From the NCBI GenBank assembly GCA_028274765.1, contig JAQCND010000540.1:1-44340 (forward strand): a stretch of DNA of 44,340 bases, read 5' to 3'. The notes beneath the pieces were generated by a model, which was given only the letters and a program-made list of their open reading frames with translations, was not told the DNA's origin and made no database searches. Numbering within the stretch: position 1 is the first letter of the stretch; each line of letters starts with the position of its first letter. The stretch comes from Bradymonadaceae bacterium (lineage in GTDB: Bacteria > Myxococcota_A > Bradymonadia > Bradymonadales > Bradymonadaceae). The position numbers and the translations under genes were made by a program. Below are positions 1 through 9,014 of the stretch, piece by piece.

Positions 1-1
1 C

Positions 2-544
2 GAGACGATCGGCACCGGCGATCCAGGGACGGCCGAATCGGCTCGGCAGACGCGACGCAAACTGCCCGCCAGCGACGGGGATTCGAGCCCGTCGAGACCG
101 AGTATCTCGAAGGCCGAGGCCAAAGAACAACTCGCCGAACTCATTTTGATCGAGCGCGATCTGGAGCGGCGACTCGACGAACTCGAACGCGAACAGGATC
201 GATGGCGCAAGCGTCTCGATCTGGCGCGCGACTGGAACGAGGACGACCTCGCCGAAGAAGCCGAAGACGTGCTCCGCGAATATCTCGACGAGGCCGAGGA
301 GGTCGAGGCCGAACTCCAGGACATCCGCCGCCAGAAGACGAAACTCAAGCGCGCCGCCGGACGAGGAGGCGGCACCGGGGCCGTCTCGAGCTCTTCCGAG
401 CACACGGACCGAGACCGCAGTCCGTCTCGGCGCGATGGCGACGAGACCCGATCGTCCGATCTCGAGGAACGGTTTGCGGACATGGAGATCGAGCGCGATC
501 TGGACGATCTTCGCGATCGCATCGACGACGAAATGGGGGAGTAA
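2..544 (+). CDS. hypothetical acidic coiled-coil protein (5' end outside window)
   Basis: The frame is open from base 2 to the TAA at 542-544; the ORF track shows only the internal TTG-initiated part (146..544). The sequence is charged and heptad-like (LERRLDELEREQDRWRKRLDLARDW) with no catalytic motif. Confidence 0.45.
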   Translation, partial: ETIGTGDPGTAESARQTRRKLPASDGDSSPSRPSISKAEAKEQLAELILIERDLERRLDELEREQDRWRKRLDLARDWNEDDLAEEAEDVLREYLDEAEEVEAELQDIRRQKTKLKRAAGRGGGTGAVSSSSEHTDRDRSPSRRDGDETRSSDLEERFADMEIERDLDDLRDRIDDEMGE

Positions 545-602
545 TGGCCCGGTTTCCTCTCGCCCTCGTCGTGGCCGTCTCCCGGGCTGGAGGCACGCTC
601 CC

Positions 603-1715
603 ATGAAGAAGCGTCGCATCGGCGTCTACTTCATCGCGGCCAACGCCATCGGTCTCTTCTTTCTGTGGCTCGCGGCGCGAGGCCTGCCCTTCGACAAAAT
701 CGGCCCCTATCTGGAGACGACCTCCCTGGGACACGTCCTCGGGTGGTCGATCGTGTTCGTCGCCATTTATGCGGTGTGCCACTATGCGCGAGTCGTCCGC
801 TGGAACTATCTGGTGCGCCCGCTGGGGGAGGTCGAGACGCGACAGGTCCATCGAGCGTCGGCCGTCGGATTCACCGCGATTCTGCTTCTGCCGCTCCGTC
901 TCGGCGAGCTGGTGCGTCCCGCCGTGTTGGCCAGACGGACGGATCTGTCGGTCTCGTCGTTGCTGGCGACAGCCGTCGTCGAGCGCGTCCTCGACGGACT
1001 GCTGGTGACGGGACTTCTCTTTGCGACGCTGTTGACGTATTCGGGCGCCGATCAGGAGACGTACACCCTCCAGATCGGCGGGATGAGTCTCGATCTGACC
1101 TTCCAGGTCGTTCTGGGACTGATCGCGGCCGCGATCTTCATCCCCGCTCTGCTGGTCTGTGCGCTGGCGCTGTGGCGTCGCCAGTGGGGACTCGCCCTGG
1201 TCGAATACGTGGGGACGCCCATTTCGCCGACCCTGACCGAGCGCATCGTCGACATGCTCGACGACTTCATCGATGGGTTCGGGGCCCTCGCCCAGGCGGG
1301 CCATCTGGGACGATTCCTCGGGGTGACACTCGTCTACTGGGGGATCAATGTCCTGTCACTCTGGGTACTGGCCCGCTTTGGATTCGGATTCGAGATTGGC
1401 ATCTGGGACGCCGCTACGGTGATTGCAATTCTGGTCGTGGGGATTATGATTCCTGCGGGTCCCGGATTGACGGGAAATTTCGAATTCTTCCTCAAGAAGG
1501 GACTCGAACTCTTTGTCTCCTTCGCAGCCGTCGGAGGCAAAGCCGCCATCTTCGTACCGCTCGTCCACGTGCTGCAGTTTATCGTCATCGTCGCTCCTGG
1601 TTTCTGGGTGATGTGGACGGATCCGGCCGCGCGCCATCTTTTGCAACTCACTGAGCGCGCTCGCGAAGAGGTGGACTCCGACGGAGACGACGAGGGATCA
1701 TCGAGAGGCACGTGA
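603..1715 (+). CDS. flippase-like / UPF0104 (lysyl-PG synthase TM-region type) integral membrane protein
   Basis: ATG at 603 (MKKRRIGVYFIAANAIGLFFLW) lies inside ORF 435..1715. It has multiple hydrophobic spans and the family-typical segment YARVVRWNYLVRPLG. The ORF part upstream of 603 is Arg/Pro-rich and overlaps the previous gene. Confidence 0.65.
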   Translation: MKKRRIGVYFIAANAIGLFFLWLAARGLPFDKIGPYLETTSLGHVLGWSIVFVAIYAVCHYARVVRWNYLVRPLGEVETRQVHRASAVGFTAILLLPLRLGELVRPAVLARRTDLSVSSLLATAVVERVLDGLLVTGLLFATLLTYSGADQETYTLQIGGMSLDLTFQVVLGLIAAAIFIPALLVCALALWRRQWGLALVEYVGTPISPTLTERIVDMLDDFIDGFGALAQAGHLGRFLGVTLVYWGINVLSLWVLARFGFGFEIGIWDAATVIAILVVGIMIPAGPGLTGNFEFFLKKGLELFVSFAAVGGKAAIFVPLVHVLQFIVIVAPGFWVMWTDPAARHLLQLTERAREEVDSDGDDEGSSRGT

Positions 1716-1750
1716 GCAGTCGATATTGATGACGCGAGTACTGTATCGGG

Positions 1751-2686
1751 ATGGTCGAAATGAACGAACAGAACGATGAAACACGAGACGACTCGAACGA
1801 CGAGGGGCTCGACATCGAGGTCGAAGTTGCGGATGACGACGACTCCGACGCGGAGATGCGGGAGGGCCACGACCCCGCCGAGGTCGAGGCCCCCGAGCAC
1901 GACGAGTCCGTCGAGTCGGACGAACCGCGAGACGCACACGACGCCGAGGCCGAAGTCGTCGATGAGGATGAAGACCTGTTCGTGTCGGCGGACGACTCTG
2001 ATGTCGAGGTGATCGACGAGGAGACCGATCTCGAGGAGACGAGCGACGGGGACGAACCCGACCGCGAAGCTCTGCTCGAGCGTATCGACACACTCGAGTC
2101 GACCGTCGATCGGCTCGAGGACGAGCGCGATGACTTCAAAGAGCGCATGCTCCGGGCGGCAGCCGACCTCGAAAACTACCGCAAGCGCGCCGAAAAGGAA
2201 AAAGAAGAGCTCAAAAAATACGGTGCCAAGCACCTGGTTAAAGATCTCCTCTCGACGATCGACAACCTCGAACGGGCCCTGGAACACGCCCAGTCGGGTG
2301 ACGAAGCCAACATCATCGACGGCGTGGACATGGTGTTGAACCAGATTCACGATACCTTCGAGAAGCATGGCATCGAGGTCTTCGATGCCGAGGGCAACGA
2401 GTTCGACCCCGAACTACACGAGGCGATCCAGCAGGTCGAGACGACCGAACACACGTCGGGGACGGTCGTCGAGCAGTTCCAGCGCGGTTACCAGATTCAC
2501 GATCGACTCCTACGTCCCGCGATGGTCTCCGTCGCCGAGAACATCGCCGACGACGAGGACGACGAGGCCTCGTCGAGCGGCCCCGACGAGAACCCGTCGC
2601 AGGACGAATCGAACGATGGAGACGAGTCGCCGGACTCTTCGTCCGAAACGACCCACTCGGAGGAAGCAGACCCCGAAGACGCATGA
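1751..2686 (+). CDS. grpE: nucleotide exchange factor GrpE with long acidic N- and C-terminal extensions
   Basis: The core matches GrpE (RAAADLENYRKRAEKEKEELKKYGAKHLVKDLLSTIDNLERAL ... FDPELHEAI ... GYQIHDRLLRPAMVSV). It sits directly upstream of dnaK. About 105 N-terminal and about 50 C-terminal residues are D/E/S-rich. Confidence 0.9.
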   Translation: MVEMNEQNDETRDDSNDEGLDIEVEVADDDDSDAEMREGHDPAEVEAPEHDESVESDEPRDAHDAEAEVVDEDEDLFVSADDSDVEVIDEETDLEETSDGDEPDREALLERIDTLESTVDRLEDERDDFKERMLRAAADLENYRKRAEKEKEELKKYGAKHLVKDLLSTIDNLERALEHAQSGDEANIIDGVDMVLNQIHDTFEKHGIEVFDAEGNEFDPELHEAIQQVETTEHTSGTVVEQFQRGYQIHDRLLRPAMVSVAENIADDEDDEASSSGPDENPSQDESNDGDESPDSSSETTHSEEADPEDA

Positions 2687-2741
2687 TGTCTGCCGGGCGA
2701 AAACAGGGGGGAGCGGAAGTGTTCGAAGGTATGCGCCCCGG

Positions 2742-2770
2742 TTGCAGAGAGTGAGAAGTAAGTCTATGAT
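2742..2770 (+). promoter_or_regulatory. candidate sigma70-type promoter in the grpE-dnaK spacer (TTGCAG-N17-TATGAT)
   Basis: TTGCAG at 2742-2747, a 17-nt spacer and TATGAT at 2765-2770, inside a locally AT-richer 187-bp gap about 110 nt upstream of the dnaK ATG. Sequence pattern only. Confidence 0.3.
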
Positions 2771-2879
2771 AACGATTGTTCATGTGTTGCCATGACGACG
2801 AGTCGATACGACCCGGAGGGGAGTCTCTCGAGGGTCGCATCGAGGATAACTCGGGCCTCTCGATCCAACGCGAGTGACG

Positions 2880-4766
2880 ATGGGAAAGACGATCGGCATT
2901 GATCTCGGCACGACGAATAGTTGCGTCTCGGTACTCGAAGGGGACGACCCACGGGTTCTTCCCAATGCCGAAGGCAGTCGAACGACGCCCTCGGTCGTGG
3001 CGTTCGACGAAGACGACGAGCGCCTCCTCGGCGAGGTCGCCAAACGTCAGGCCGAAACCAATGCCGAAAATACCGTTATCGCTGTCAAGCGCCTGATGGG
3101 CCAGCGCTTCGAAAACGAAGACGTCCAGCGCACTCGCGAAGACGTCTCGTACGACATCGTCGAGGCCAACGATGGAGATGCCTGGGTCCAATCCCGCGGC
3201 GATACGTACGCTCCCGAAGAGATCTCGTCGTTCATCCTCCGCGAGATGCGCGAGATCGCCGAGGAAGCGCTCGATGACGAGGTCGACAACGCCGTCATCA
3301 CAGTCCCGGCCTATTTCAACGACGTGCAGCGCCAGGCCACTAAAAACGCCGGGCGCATCGCGGGGCTCGACGTCCTTCGCATCGTCAACGAACCGACGGC
3401 GGCCGCGCTTGCTTACGGACTCGGGCGCGACGAGACCGACGACCGCAAAGTGGCCGTCTACGACCTGGGGGGCGGAACGTTCGACATTTCGATCCTCGAG
3501 CTCGCCGGCGGGGTCTTCAGTGTGCTCTCGACGGCGGGCGATACGTTTCTCGGCGGCGAGGACTTCGACACTTGCATCGTCGACTGGATGGCGGACTCTT
3601 TTGAAGACGAACACGGCATCGATCTCCGCGAGGACGACGTTGCGCTACAGCGACTCAAAGAGGAGGCCGAGCGGGCCAAATGCGAGCTATCGTCCGCGGA
3701 GACGACCGAGATCAGTCTTCCCTTCATCCACTCCGGCGACGAGGGGCCCCTCCATCTCAACGAGGAGCTCGACCGCGAGACCTACGAGTCGATGGTCGAA
3801 GAGCTCGTCGATCGCACCACCGATCCCTGTGAACAGGCTCTCGAGGACGCCGAGTTGACCAAGCGCGACGTCGACGATGTGCTGCTGGTCGGAGGCATGA
3901 CGCGCACCCCCTTGATTCAGCGCCGCGTCTCGGAGTTCTTCGAGACCGAGCCCGATGCATCGGTCAACCCCGACGAGGTCGTCTCGGTCGGAGCCGCCAT
4001 CCAGGGGGGCATCGCCCGCGGAGAGGTCACAGACGTCCTCCTGTTGGATGTTACGCCGCTGACACTCGGCGTCGAGACCAAGGGAGGGGCCTTCGAGCCG
4101 TTGATTCCGCGCAATACGACCATTCCCTGTAGTCACTCCGAGATCTTCACGACGGCGCGCGACAACCAGGACATGGTGCGAGTTCACGTCGCTCAGGGAG
4201 AGCGCTCACGAGTCGAAGACAACGAGAGCCTGGCGACCTTCGAGTTGACCGGCATCCCACCGGCTCCTCGAGGCGTCCCCGAGATCGAAGTTACCTTCAA
4301 CATCGATGAAAACGGCATGGTCAACGTCACCGCCGAGGACCTCGGGAGCGGCCAAAAACAGAGTGTCAACGTCGTGGCCGACGGCGGCCTCGACGACGGT
4401 CAGATCGAGACCATGATCGAGGAGGCCGAACAACATGCCGAGGAGGATCGCCTCTATGAAGAACTCAACGAACTCCGCAACGAAGCAGAAGGCATGCTCT
4501 TTTCGACCGAACGCAGCTTGAACGCCTACGGCGACGAGCTTCCCGAAGACGAACGCGAGGAGATTCGAGACGACGTCGAGACTATCAAGGGACTCCTCGA
4601 CGACGCCGACCGCGACGAGCTCGAGGCCATCCTCGACAGCCTCGAGGCTTCGGCTCATCGGCTCGCCGACGTGATGTACGAAAAGACTGACGAAGGCGAT
4701 GCCGACGACGAGACCCAGCCCGTCGAGGGGAGTGACGAACCCGATAAAAGTTCACCCCCCGTGTAA
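2880..4766 (+). CDS. dnaK: molecular chaperone DnaK (Hsp70)
   Basis: MGKTIGIDLGTTNSCVS, DLGGGTFDISIL, VNEPTAAALAYG, LLVGGMTRTP and NPDEVVSVGAAIQG are present, with an acidic C-terminal lid. The ATG at 2880 gives the canonical N-terminus; the ORF track starts at a GTG at 2874. Confidence 0.95.
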   Translation: MGKTIGIDLGTTNSCVSVLEGDDPRVLPNAEGSRTTPSVVAFDEDDERLLGEVAKRQAETNAENTVIAVKRLMGQRFENEDVQRTREDVSYDIVEANDGDAWVQSRGDTYAPEEISSFILREMREIAEEALDDEVDNAVITVPAYFNDVQRQATKNAGRIAGLDVLRIVNEPTAAALAYGLGRDETDDRKVAVYDLGGGTFDISILELAGGVFSVLSTAGDTFLGGEDFDTCIVDWMADSFEDEHGIDLREDDVALQRLKEEAERAKCELSSAETTEISLPFIHSGDEGPLHLNEELDRETYESMVEELVDRTTDPCEQALEDAELTKRDVDDVLLVGGMTRTPLIQRRVSEFFETEPDASVNPDEVVSVGAAIQGGIARGEVTDVLLLDVTPLTLGVETKGGAFEPLIPRNTTIPCSHSEIFTTARDNQDMVRVHVAQGERSRVEDNESLATFELTGIPPAPRGVPEIEVTFNIDENGMVNVTAEDLGSGQKQSVNVVADGGLDDGQIETMIEEAEQHAEEDRLYEELNELRNEAEGMLFSTERSLNAYGDELPEDEREEIRDDVETIKGLLDDADRDELEAILDSLEASAHRLADVMYEKTDEGDADDETQPVEGSDEPDKSSPPV

Positions 4767-4769
4767 CGT

Positions 4770-5861
4770 ATGTCGGACGATCTTTACGAATTGCTCGGGG
4801 TCCCGAGAGATGCATCGCAGGCGGAGATCAAGGAGGCCTACCGGCAGCGTGCGATGGCTTGCCACCCCGACCGCAATCCGGACGACCCCGAGGCCGAGGA
4901 AATCTTCAAGCGCATATCGCGCGCATACGACGTACTGAGTGATCCTCAGCGTCGCCGCCAGTACGACCGCGGTACGCTGAATCGAAGCCTCGTTCAGGGG
5001 GACGCATCGCTGGAGCGAGGCCTCGAAATGTTTGCCGGAGTGATCGACATGATCGGCGCTTTCGTGACGGGCGTCGACGGTCGCGAATCCGAGGTCCGGG
5101 CGGGACGTTCGATCCGCACGACGCTCACGCTGACGTATCGAGAGGCCATCGAGGGGGGGAGGCATACTGTTGAGTACATGGCGCGCGATACATGTCCGGC
5201 GTGTCGGGGGCGCGGGATTCCCCCCGAGGTCGAGGCCCGGACGTGTGAACGATGCGAGGGGCGTGGACGCCTCTCGCTCGAAGAGAGTCTCTGGAATGCC
5301 TTCCGCGTCTGCCCCGAGTGTGACGGCGACGGCGAGATGTCGGCCGAGACGTGCGAGCAGTGTGGAGGGGAGGGGCGCACGGAGCGCCAGCACGTCCAGG
5401 CGATCGACGTTCCGGCTGGCGTTGTCGACGAACAGACGTTACGCCGACGCGGCGAGGGCGAGCCGGGAACGCAGGGCGGGCCGGCGGGGGATCTCGTCGT
5501 TGAAGTCGAACTCGAGGATCATCCCGATTTTGAACGTCGTGGTCGGGATGTCTACTCGGATGTTTCGGTATCGTTTACCCGGGCAGCTCTCGGGGGACGC
5601 CAAACAGTGTCGACCCTCGAGGGAGAGGTCGTCGTCGAGATCCCACCGGGGGTTGCCGAGGGAGACACGCTCCGACTTCGAGGTCGCGGATTTCCCGATA
5701 TCGAGGGCGGCTCTCGGGGGCATCAATACCTGTGCATGGCCGTCGAGGCTCCCGCCCCGTCGCCGCCCGACCAGGGGGACGAGTCCCGGAGCGACGAGCC
5801 ACGAGGGGAGACGAGCCACTGGAGCGACCGCGTCCGGGATTGGCTGTCGAGCGACACGTAG
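4770..5861 (+). CDS. dnaJ: co-chaperone DnaJ (J domain plus four CxxCxGxG zinc-finger repeats; no obvious G/F-rich linker)
   Basis: J domain with HPD ([34 protein letters not shown]). Zinc-finger repeats are [24 protein letters not shown] and CEQCGGEG. It starts 3 nt after the dnaK stop. Confidence 0.9.
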   Translation: MSDDLYELLGVPRDASQAEIKEAYRQRAMACHPDRNPDDPEAEEIFKRISRAYDVLSDPQRRRQYDRGTLNRSLVQGDASLERGLEMFAGVIDMIGAFVTGVDGRESEVRAGRSIRTTLTLTYREAIEGGRHTVEYMARDTCPACRGRGIPPEVEARTCERCEGRGRLSLEESLWNAFRVCPECDGDGEMSAETCEQCGGEGRTERQHVQAIDVPAGVVDEQTLRRRGEGEPGTQGGPAGDLVVEVELEDHPDFERRGRDVYSDVSVSFTRAALGGRQTVSTLEGEVVVEIPPGVAEGDTLRLRGRGFPDIEGGSRGHQYLCMAVEAPAPSPPDQGDESRSDEPRGETSHWSDRVRDWLSSDT

Positions 5862-5893
5862 TTCGAGTGTCTACACACTGAGGAATCGTATCC

Positions 5894-6715
5894 GTGGAGT
5901 TTCGTTGCCCCCACTGTGAACACATCGGCCCCGCGGCCGAAGTGCGCCCGGGCGAGGAGGGTGTCGAAGTCGTCTGCGAATCGTGTTCAGTGGCCAGTCC
6001 CCTCGAGGGAGATGTCTCCGAACATGACGGATCGAACGACGAGCTGACGGACCCCTCCTCCGAACGAGACATCAATCTCGACGAGCTCGAAGCCGACCGA
6101 AATCGCGCCCGAGATGGATCTGGCCTCGGCGCCTCGGAGCCGGGAGGACCGACGAACGTCGCCTCGATTCCGGAGGAGGCCCTCGACGAACTCGTGCCGG
6201 AGCCCGACGCCGATCATCGCTGTCCCAAGTGCGCCAGCCCCCTGCCCGGTTCGGGAGCCGAACACTGTGCCGAATGCGGGCTGAACCTCGAGAAAGCCGA
6301 GCGCTACGACGAGGGAGACGCGCCCTGGGAGCGACCAGATCCGGGGCGAGAAGACGATTTCGAAGAGGCGCATCGGCTCTGGGACGAGGCTACATCGGAG
6401 TCGGAGGACACGACGTTCCAGTCGTTCGTCGAACACGTCCGGGCGCACGGTTTGTTCGGACTGGGGATTCGCAAGCTTCGCTTTTATCTCGTCGATCACC
6501 CCGACGACCACGAGGCCATCGAGGCCCTGCGCGAACTCGCGACGGGCATGGAGGCCCGAATCGTCGCCGCTCGAGCCGAAGCCGAGGCCGAGGCCGAAGA
6601 GCTCCAGGACGAGATCAGTCGATTCAAGCGATTCATGACGGGTGTCGTACTGGTCCTCTGGGTACTCGCCATGACTCTGTTTGCGGATCTCTTTTTGGGT
6701 TGGGACGTTCTATAA
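5894..6715 (+). CDS. double zinc-ribbon protein with a C-terminal transmembrane anchor
   Basis: GTG start. Two CxxC...CxxC pairs (CPHC..CESC and CPKC..CAEC), an acidic linker, a helical region and a terminal hydrophobic helix (FMTGVVLVLWVLAMTLFADLFLGW). It starts 32 nt downstream of dnaJ. Confidence 0.6.
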   Translation: MEFRCPHCEHIGPAAEVRPGEEGVEVVCESCSVASPLEGDVSEHDGSNDELTDPSSERDINLDELEADRNRARDGSGLGASEPGGPTNVASIPEEALDELVPEPDADHRCPKCASPLPGSGAEHCAECGLNLEKAERYDEGDAPWERPDPGREDDFEEAHRLWDEATSESEDTTFQSFVEHVRAHGLFGLGIRKLRFYLVDHPDDHEAIEALRELATGMEARIVAARAEAEAEAEELQDEISRFKRFMTGVVLVLWVLAMTLFADLFLGWDVL

Positions 6716-6782
6716 CCGTCAACTCGCGTCATCATCGGCACGGCTGCCACACCAAGCATCTCGGAGGCCGGGAGCGCTCGCG

Positions 6783-7781
6783 TTGGACGAATTCGATCTC
6801 ATTTCGCGTCTGAACGAACAAACCGTCCCCCCCGAGGGAACTCGACTGGGCATCGGGGACGATGCCGCGGTCCTCGACGAGGGGCGATTCGATCTGCTGA
6901 CGACCGACGTACTCGTCGAAGACGTCCATTTCCGTCGGGACTGGTGTTCGGACGAAGCCATCGGCTGGCGCGCCCTGGCCGCTTCCTTGAGCGACATCGC
7001 TGCCATGGGGGGCCATCCCGGTCCGTACGTCCTCTCGATCGGGATCGGGGACGGGCTCGACGATCCCCATGTCGAGTCGATGGTCCAAGGGATGCGCCGC
7101 GTGAGTGAAGCGGTCGTCCCAGAGGGGGCCGAACTGGGGCTCGTTGGAGGCGATACCACGTCGACATCGGGGCCGAGCTTTTTGTCGATCGCGCTGCTCG
7201 GCCGAGCGGCCGGAGACGAACCCGTATGGCGGAGTGGTGCCGAGGTGGACGATCGTCTCGTGCTCACGGGCTGTCCCGGTCGTAGCGCCGCGGGGTTGGA
7301 ACTGCTGCAGGGAGCGCTCGCGCCCGACCCCGAGACACACGACGGATTGGTCGAAGCGTACTGCCGGCCTCGCCCTCGGGTTCGTACGGGCAGTTGGCTC
7401 GGCCATCGTGGCATTCCGAGCGCGATGATCGATGTCAGCGATGGGCTCGCCGCCGATCTCGGCCACGTGATCGAGGCGAGTGAGGTGGGCGCTCGTGTCG
7501 AGGTCGATGCCATTCCACGCGCCCCGAGAGTGGAGCATGTAGCTGCGGCGAGCGATCGTGAGTCCATTCCCTGGCTTCTCGGAGGGGGAGAAGATTTCGA
7601 ATTGCTGATGACCGTTCCGCCCGACCGCATGGACGAGATCCACCGGCGAGCCGAAGCCGAGGACTGGCCGATCTCGAAGATCGGTGTTATTCTGCCATCG
7701 GACGAGGGAGTGGAGTATCGCTCTCAAGGTCGTACGCTCGAGCTCGAAACGGAGGGGTATGAACATACCTGGACCGATTGA
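6783..7781 (+). CDS. thiL: thiamine-monophosphate kinase
   Basis: ThiL/AIR-synthase-like N-terminus (EFDLISRL...GIGDDAAVL...TTDVLVEDVHF...GWRALAASLSDIAAMGG). I prefer the in-frame TTG at 6783 because the upstream ORF part is Arg/Ser-rich and overlaps the preceding gene. The start is uncertain. Confidence 0.8.
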   Translation: MDEFDLISRLNEQTVPPEGTRLGIGDDAAVLDEGRFDLLTTDVLVEDVHFRRDWCSDEAIGWRALAASLSDIAAMGGHPGPYVLSIGIGDGLDDPHVESMVQGMRRVSEAVVPEGAELGLVGGDTTSTSGPSFLSIALLGRAAGDEPVWRSGAEVDDRLVLTGCPGRSAAGLELLQGALAPDPETHDGLVEAYCRPRPRVRTGSWLGHRGIPSAMIDVSDGLAADLGHVIEASEVGARVEVDAIPRAPRVEHVAAASDRESIPWLLGGGEDFELLMTVPPDRMDEIHRRAEAEDWPISKIGVILPSDEGVEYRSQGRTLELETEGYEHTWTD

Positions 7782-7819
7782 GAGATCGGTCGCCCCCTTC
7801 CAAGATCGCCGATCGACGG

Positions 7820-8647
7820 ATGGAGCCGATGGAGGAGACGAGTGAACACGAGCAAGTCAAGGCTCACCGCAAGGTGATCGAGCCCCTCTGGACGAACCCG
7901 CTTGTCGAGGCGCTCGCCGACGAGCTGCCGATCGCCTCCGAGCATAACGTCCTCGTGGCCGAGGCGAGATGCGGATACCTCCCGATCGAGCTACGCAAGC
8001 ACGTTATCGATGGAGGGCGCGTCGTGGCCCTCGACGACCAGCGACCCATGCTCGACGCCGCTCGATCGCGCGCCGAACAGGCTCTGTCGGAAGATATCTT
8101 TTTCGACGTCGAAAGTGCTCACTCGATCTCATACGCCGACGGCGTCTTCGACACCGCGCTCTGCTTCGAGGGGATGGTCACCCCTCGTCAGATGCATCGT
8201 ATTGTCGAAGAACTGGCTCGAGTGACGGTCGAGGGAGGGTCTATTGCGGCCGTGCTCCCCCTTTCCTCGAGTTTTTCGGCCTTCTACGACTTGCTCGACG
8301 AGACGCTCCGACGCCACGATCTCGACGATCGGCTCGGGCGCATCGACGACGTCCGGCAGACTCTCGCCTCTCCCCCCCAGATGATCGACGTGGCCGATCA
8401 GTTGGGATTGGACGCACTCTCGATGGACCGGCTATCTTGGACGGTTGGATTTCAACGGGGACGAGCATTTCTAAACTCGCCACTCGTCCGTGAGACGTTT
8501 TTCCCCCACTGGATCGGGCCCGTGCCCTCGCATGAACGCGAAATGGTGTTGAGCTCGCTCGGGGAAGCCATCGATACCTACTGGGCCGACCGTGATTTCC
8601 GTACGGAGATCGAGGCCGGCGCGCTATTCGCCCGGGCGACTCGATGA
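7820..8647 (+). CDS. class I SAM-methyltransferase-fold protein with a degenerate glycine loop
   Basis: Rossmann-like pattern VLVAEARCGYL ... RVVALDDQRPML ... FDTALCFEGM ... GGSIAAVLP. Motif I GxGxG is replaced by RCGYL. The ATG at 7820 is preferred over the TTG at 7778. Confidence 0.5.
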   Translation: MEPMEETSEHEQVKAHRKVIEPLWTNPLVEALADELPIASEHNVLVAEARCGYLPIELRKHVIDGGRVVALDDQRPMLDAARSRAEQALSEDIFFDVESAHSISYADGVFDTALCFEGMVTPRQMHRIVEELARVTVEGGSIAAVLPLSSSFSAFYDLLDETLRRHDLDDRLGRIDDVRQTLASPPQMIDVADQLGLDALSMDRLSWTVGFQRGRAFLNSPLVRETFFPHWIGPVPSHEREMVLSSLGEAIDTYWADRDFRTEIEAGALFARATR

Positions 8648-8938
8648 CGCCACGGGCTCTCCGGGAAGCCCCCTTCCCCTCGTGCCGTTACCGACCCGTC
8701 GCCCGCGTTCCGAGATGTCTGGTATCGGACATGCATCGCTTGGCTTCCCTTCGCTGTCGCGACGGGGAGCGAAGAGAAGCGCGTCGGCACGGTAGCCGAC
8801 GATTCCGGAGCAACTCGCGCGAGATGCGTCCGGAGACGTCGTCCATGATATAGAGAGCTTGTTGACGTCGCATGACGCCAACCCTCGACCTCCAGATACC
8901 GTCCCGAGACACGTCGTTGTGAGGTCGCCCGAGTCCTT

Positions 8939-8967
8939 TTGTCAAAATGTCAACGGACTGGTAGGGT
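8939..8967 (+). promoter_or_regulatory. candidate promoter upstream of the kinase gene (TTGTCA-N17-TAGGGT), overlapping a TGTCAA-AA-TGTCAA direct repeat
   Basis: TTGTCA at 8939-8944, a 17-nt spacer and TAGGGT at 8962-8967. An AGGAGG Shine-Dalgarno sits at 9004-9009, 5 nt before the TTG start at 9015. Confidence 0.25.
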
Positions 8968-9014
8968 GACGTGAGGACGTTTTGGTTCGAGACTCCGTGT
9001 TGTAGGAGGCTCGG

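Noticed and set aside
78-96. tRNA T-arm-like string on the minus strand (GGGCTCGAATCCCC)
   Set aside because: The loop begins with C instead of the conserved T. No D-arm, anticodon arm or acceptor pairing can be built. The string lies inside an open coding frame.
1716-2879. CIRCE/HrcA operator upstream of grpE or dnaK
   Set aside because: No TTAGCACTC-N9-GAGTGCTAA-like inverted repeat is visible in either spacer. The only similar string (TTAGAGTGC at 35801) is a half-site in an unrelated spacer.
345-3614. Long minus-strand ORFs (345..1304, 1334..2368, 2313..3614) opposite the membrane protein, grpE and dnaK
   Set aside because: All are mirror frames of well-supported plus-strand genes and are Arg/Val/Gly-rich. 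I judge them artefacts of GC3-rich coding.
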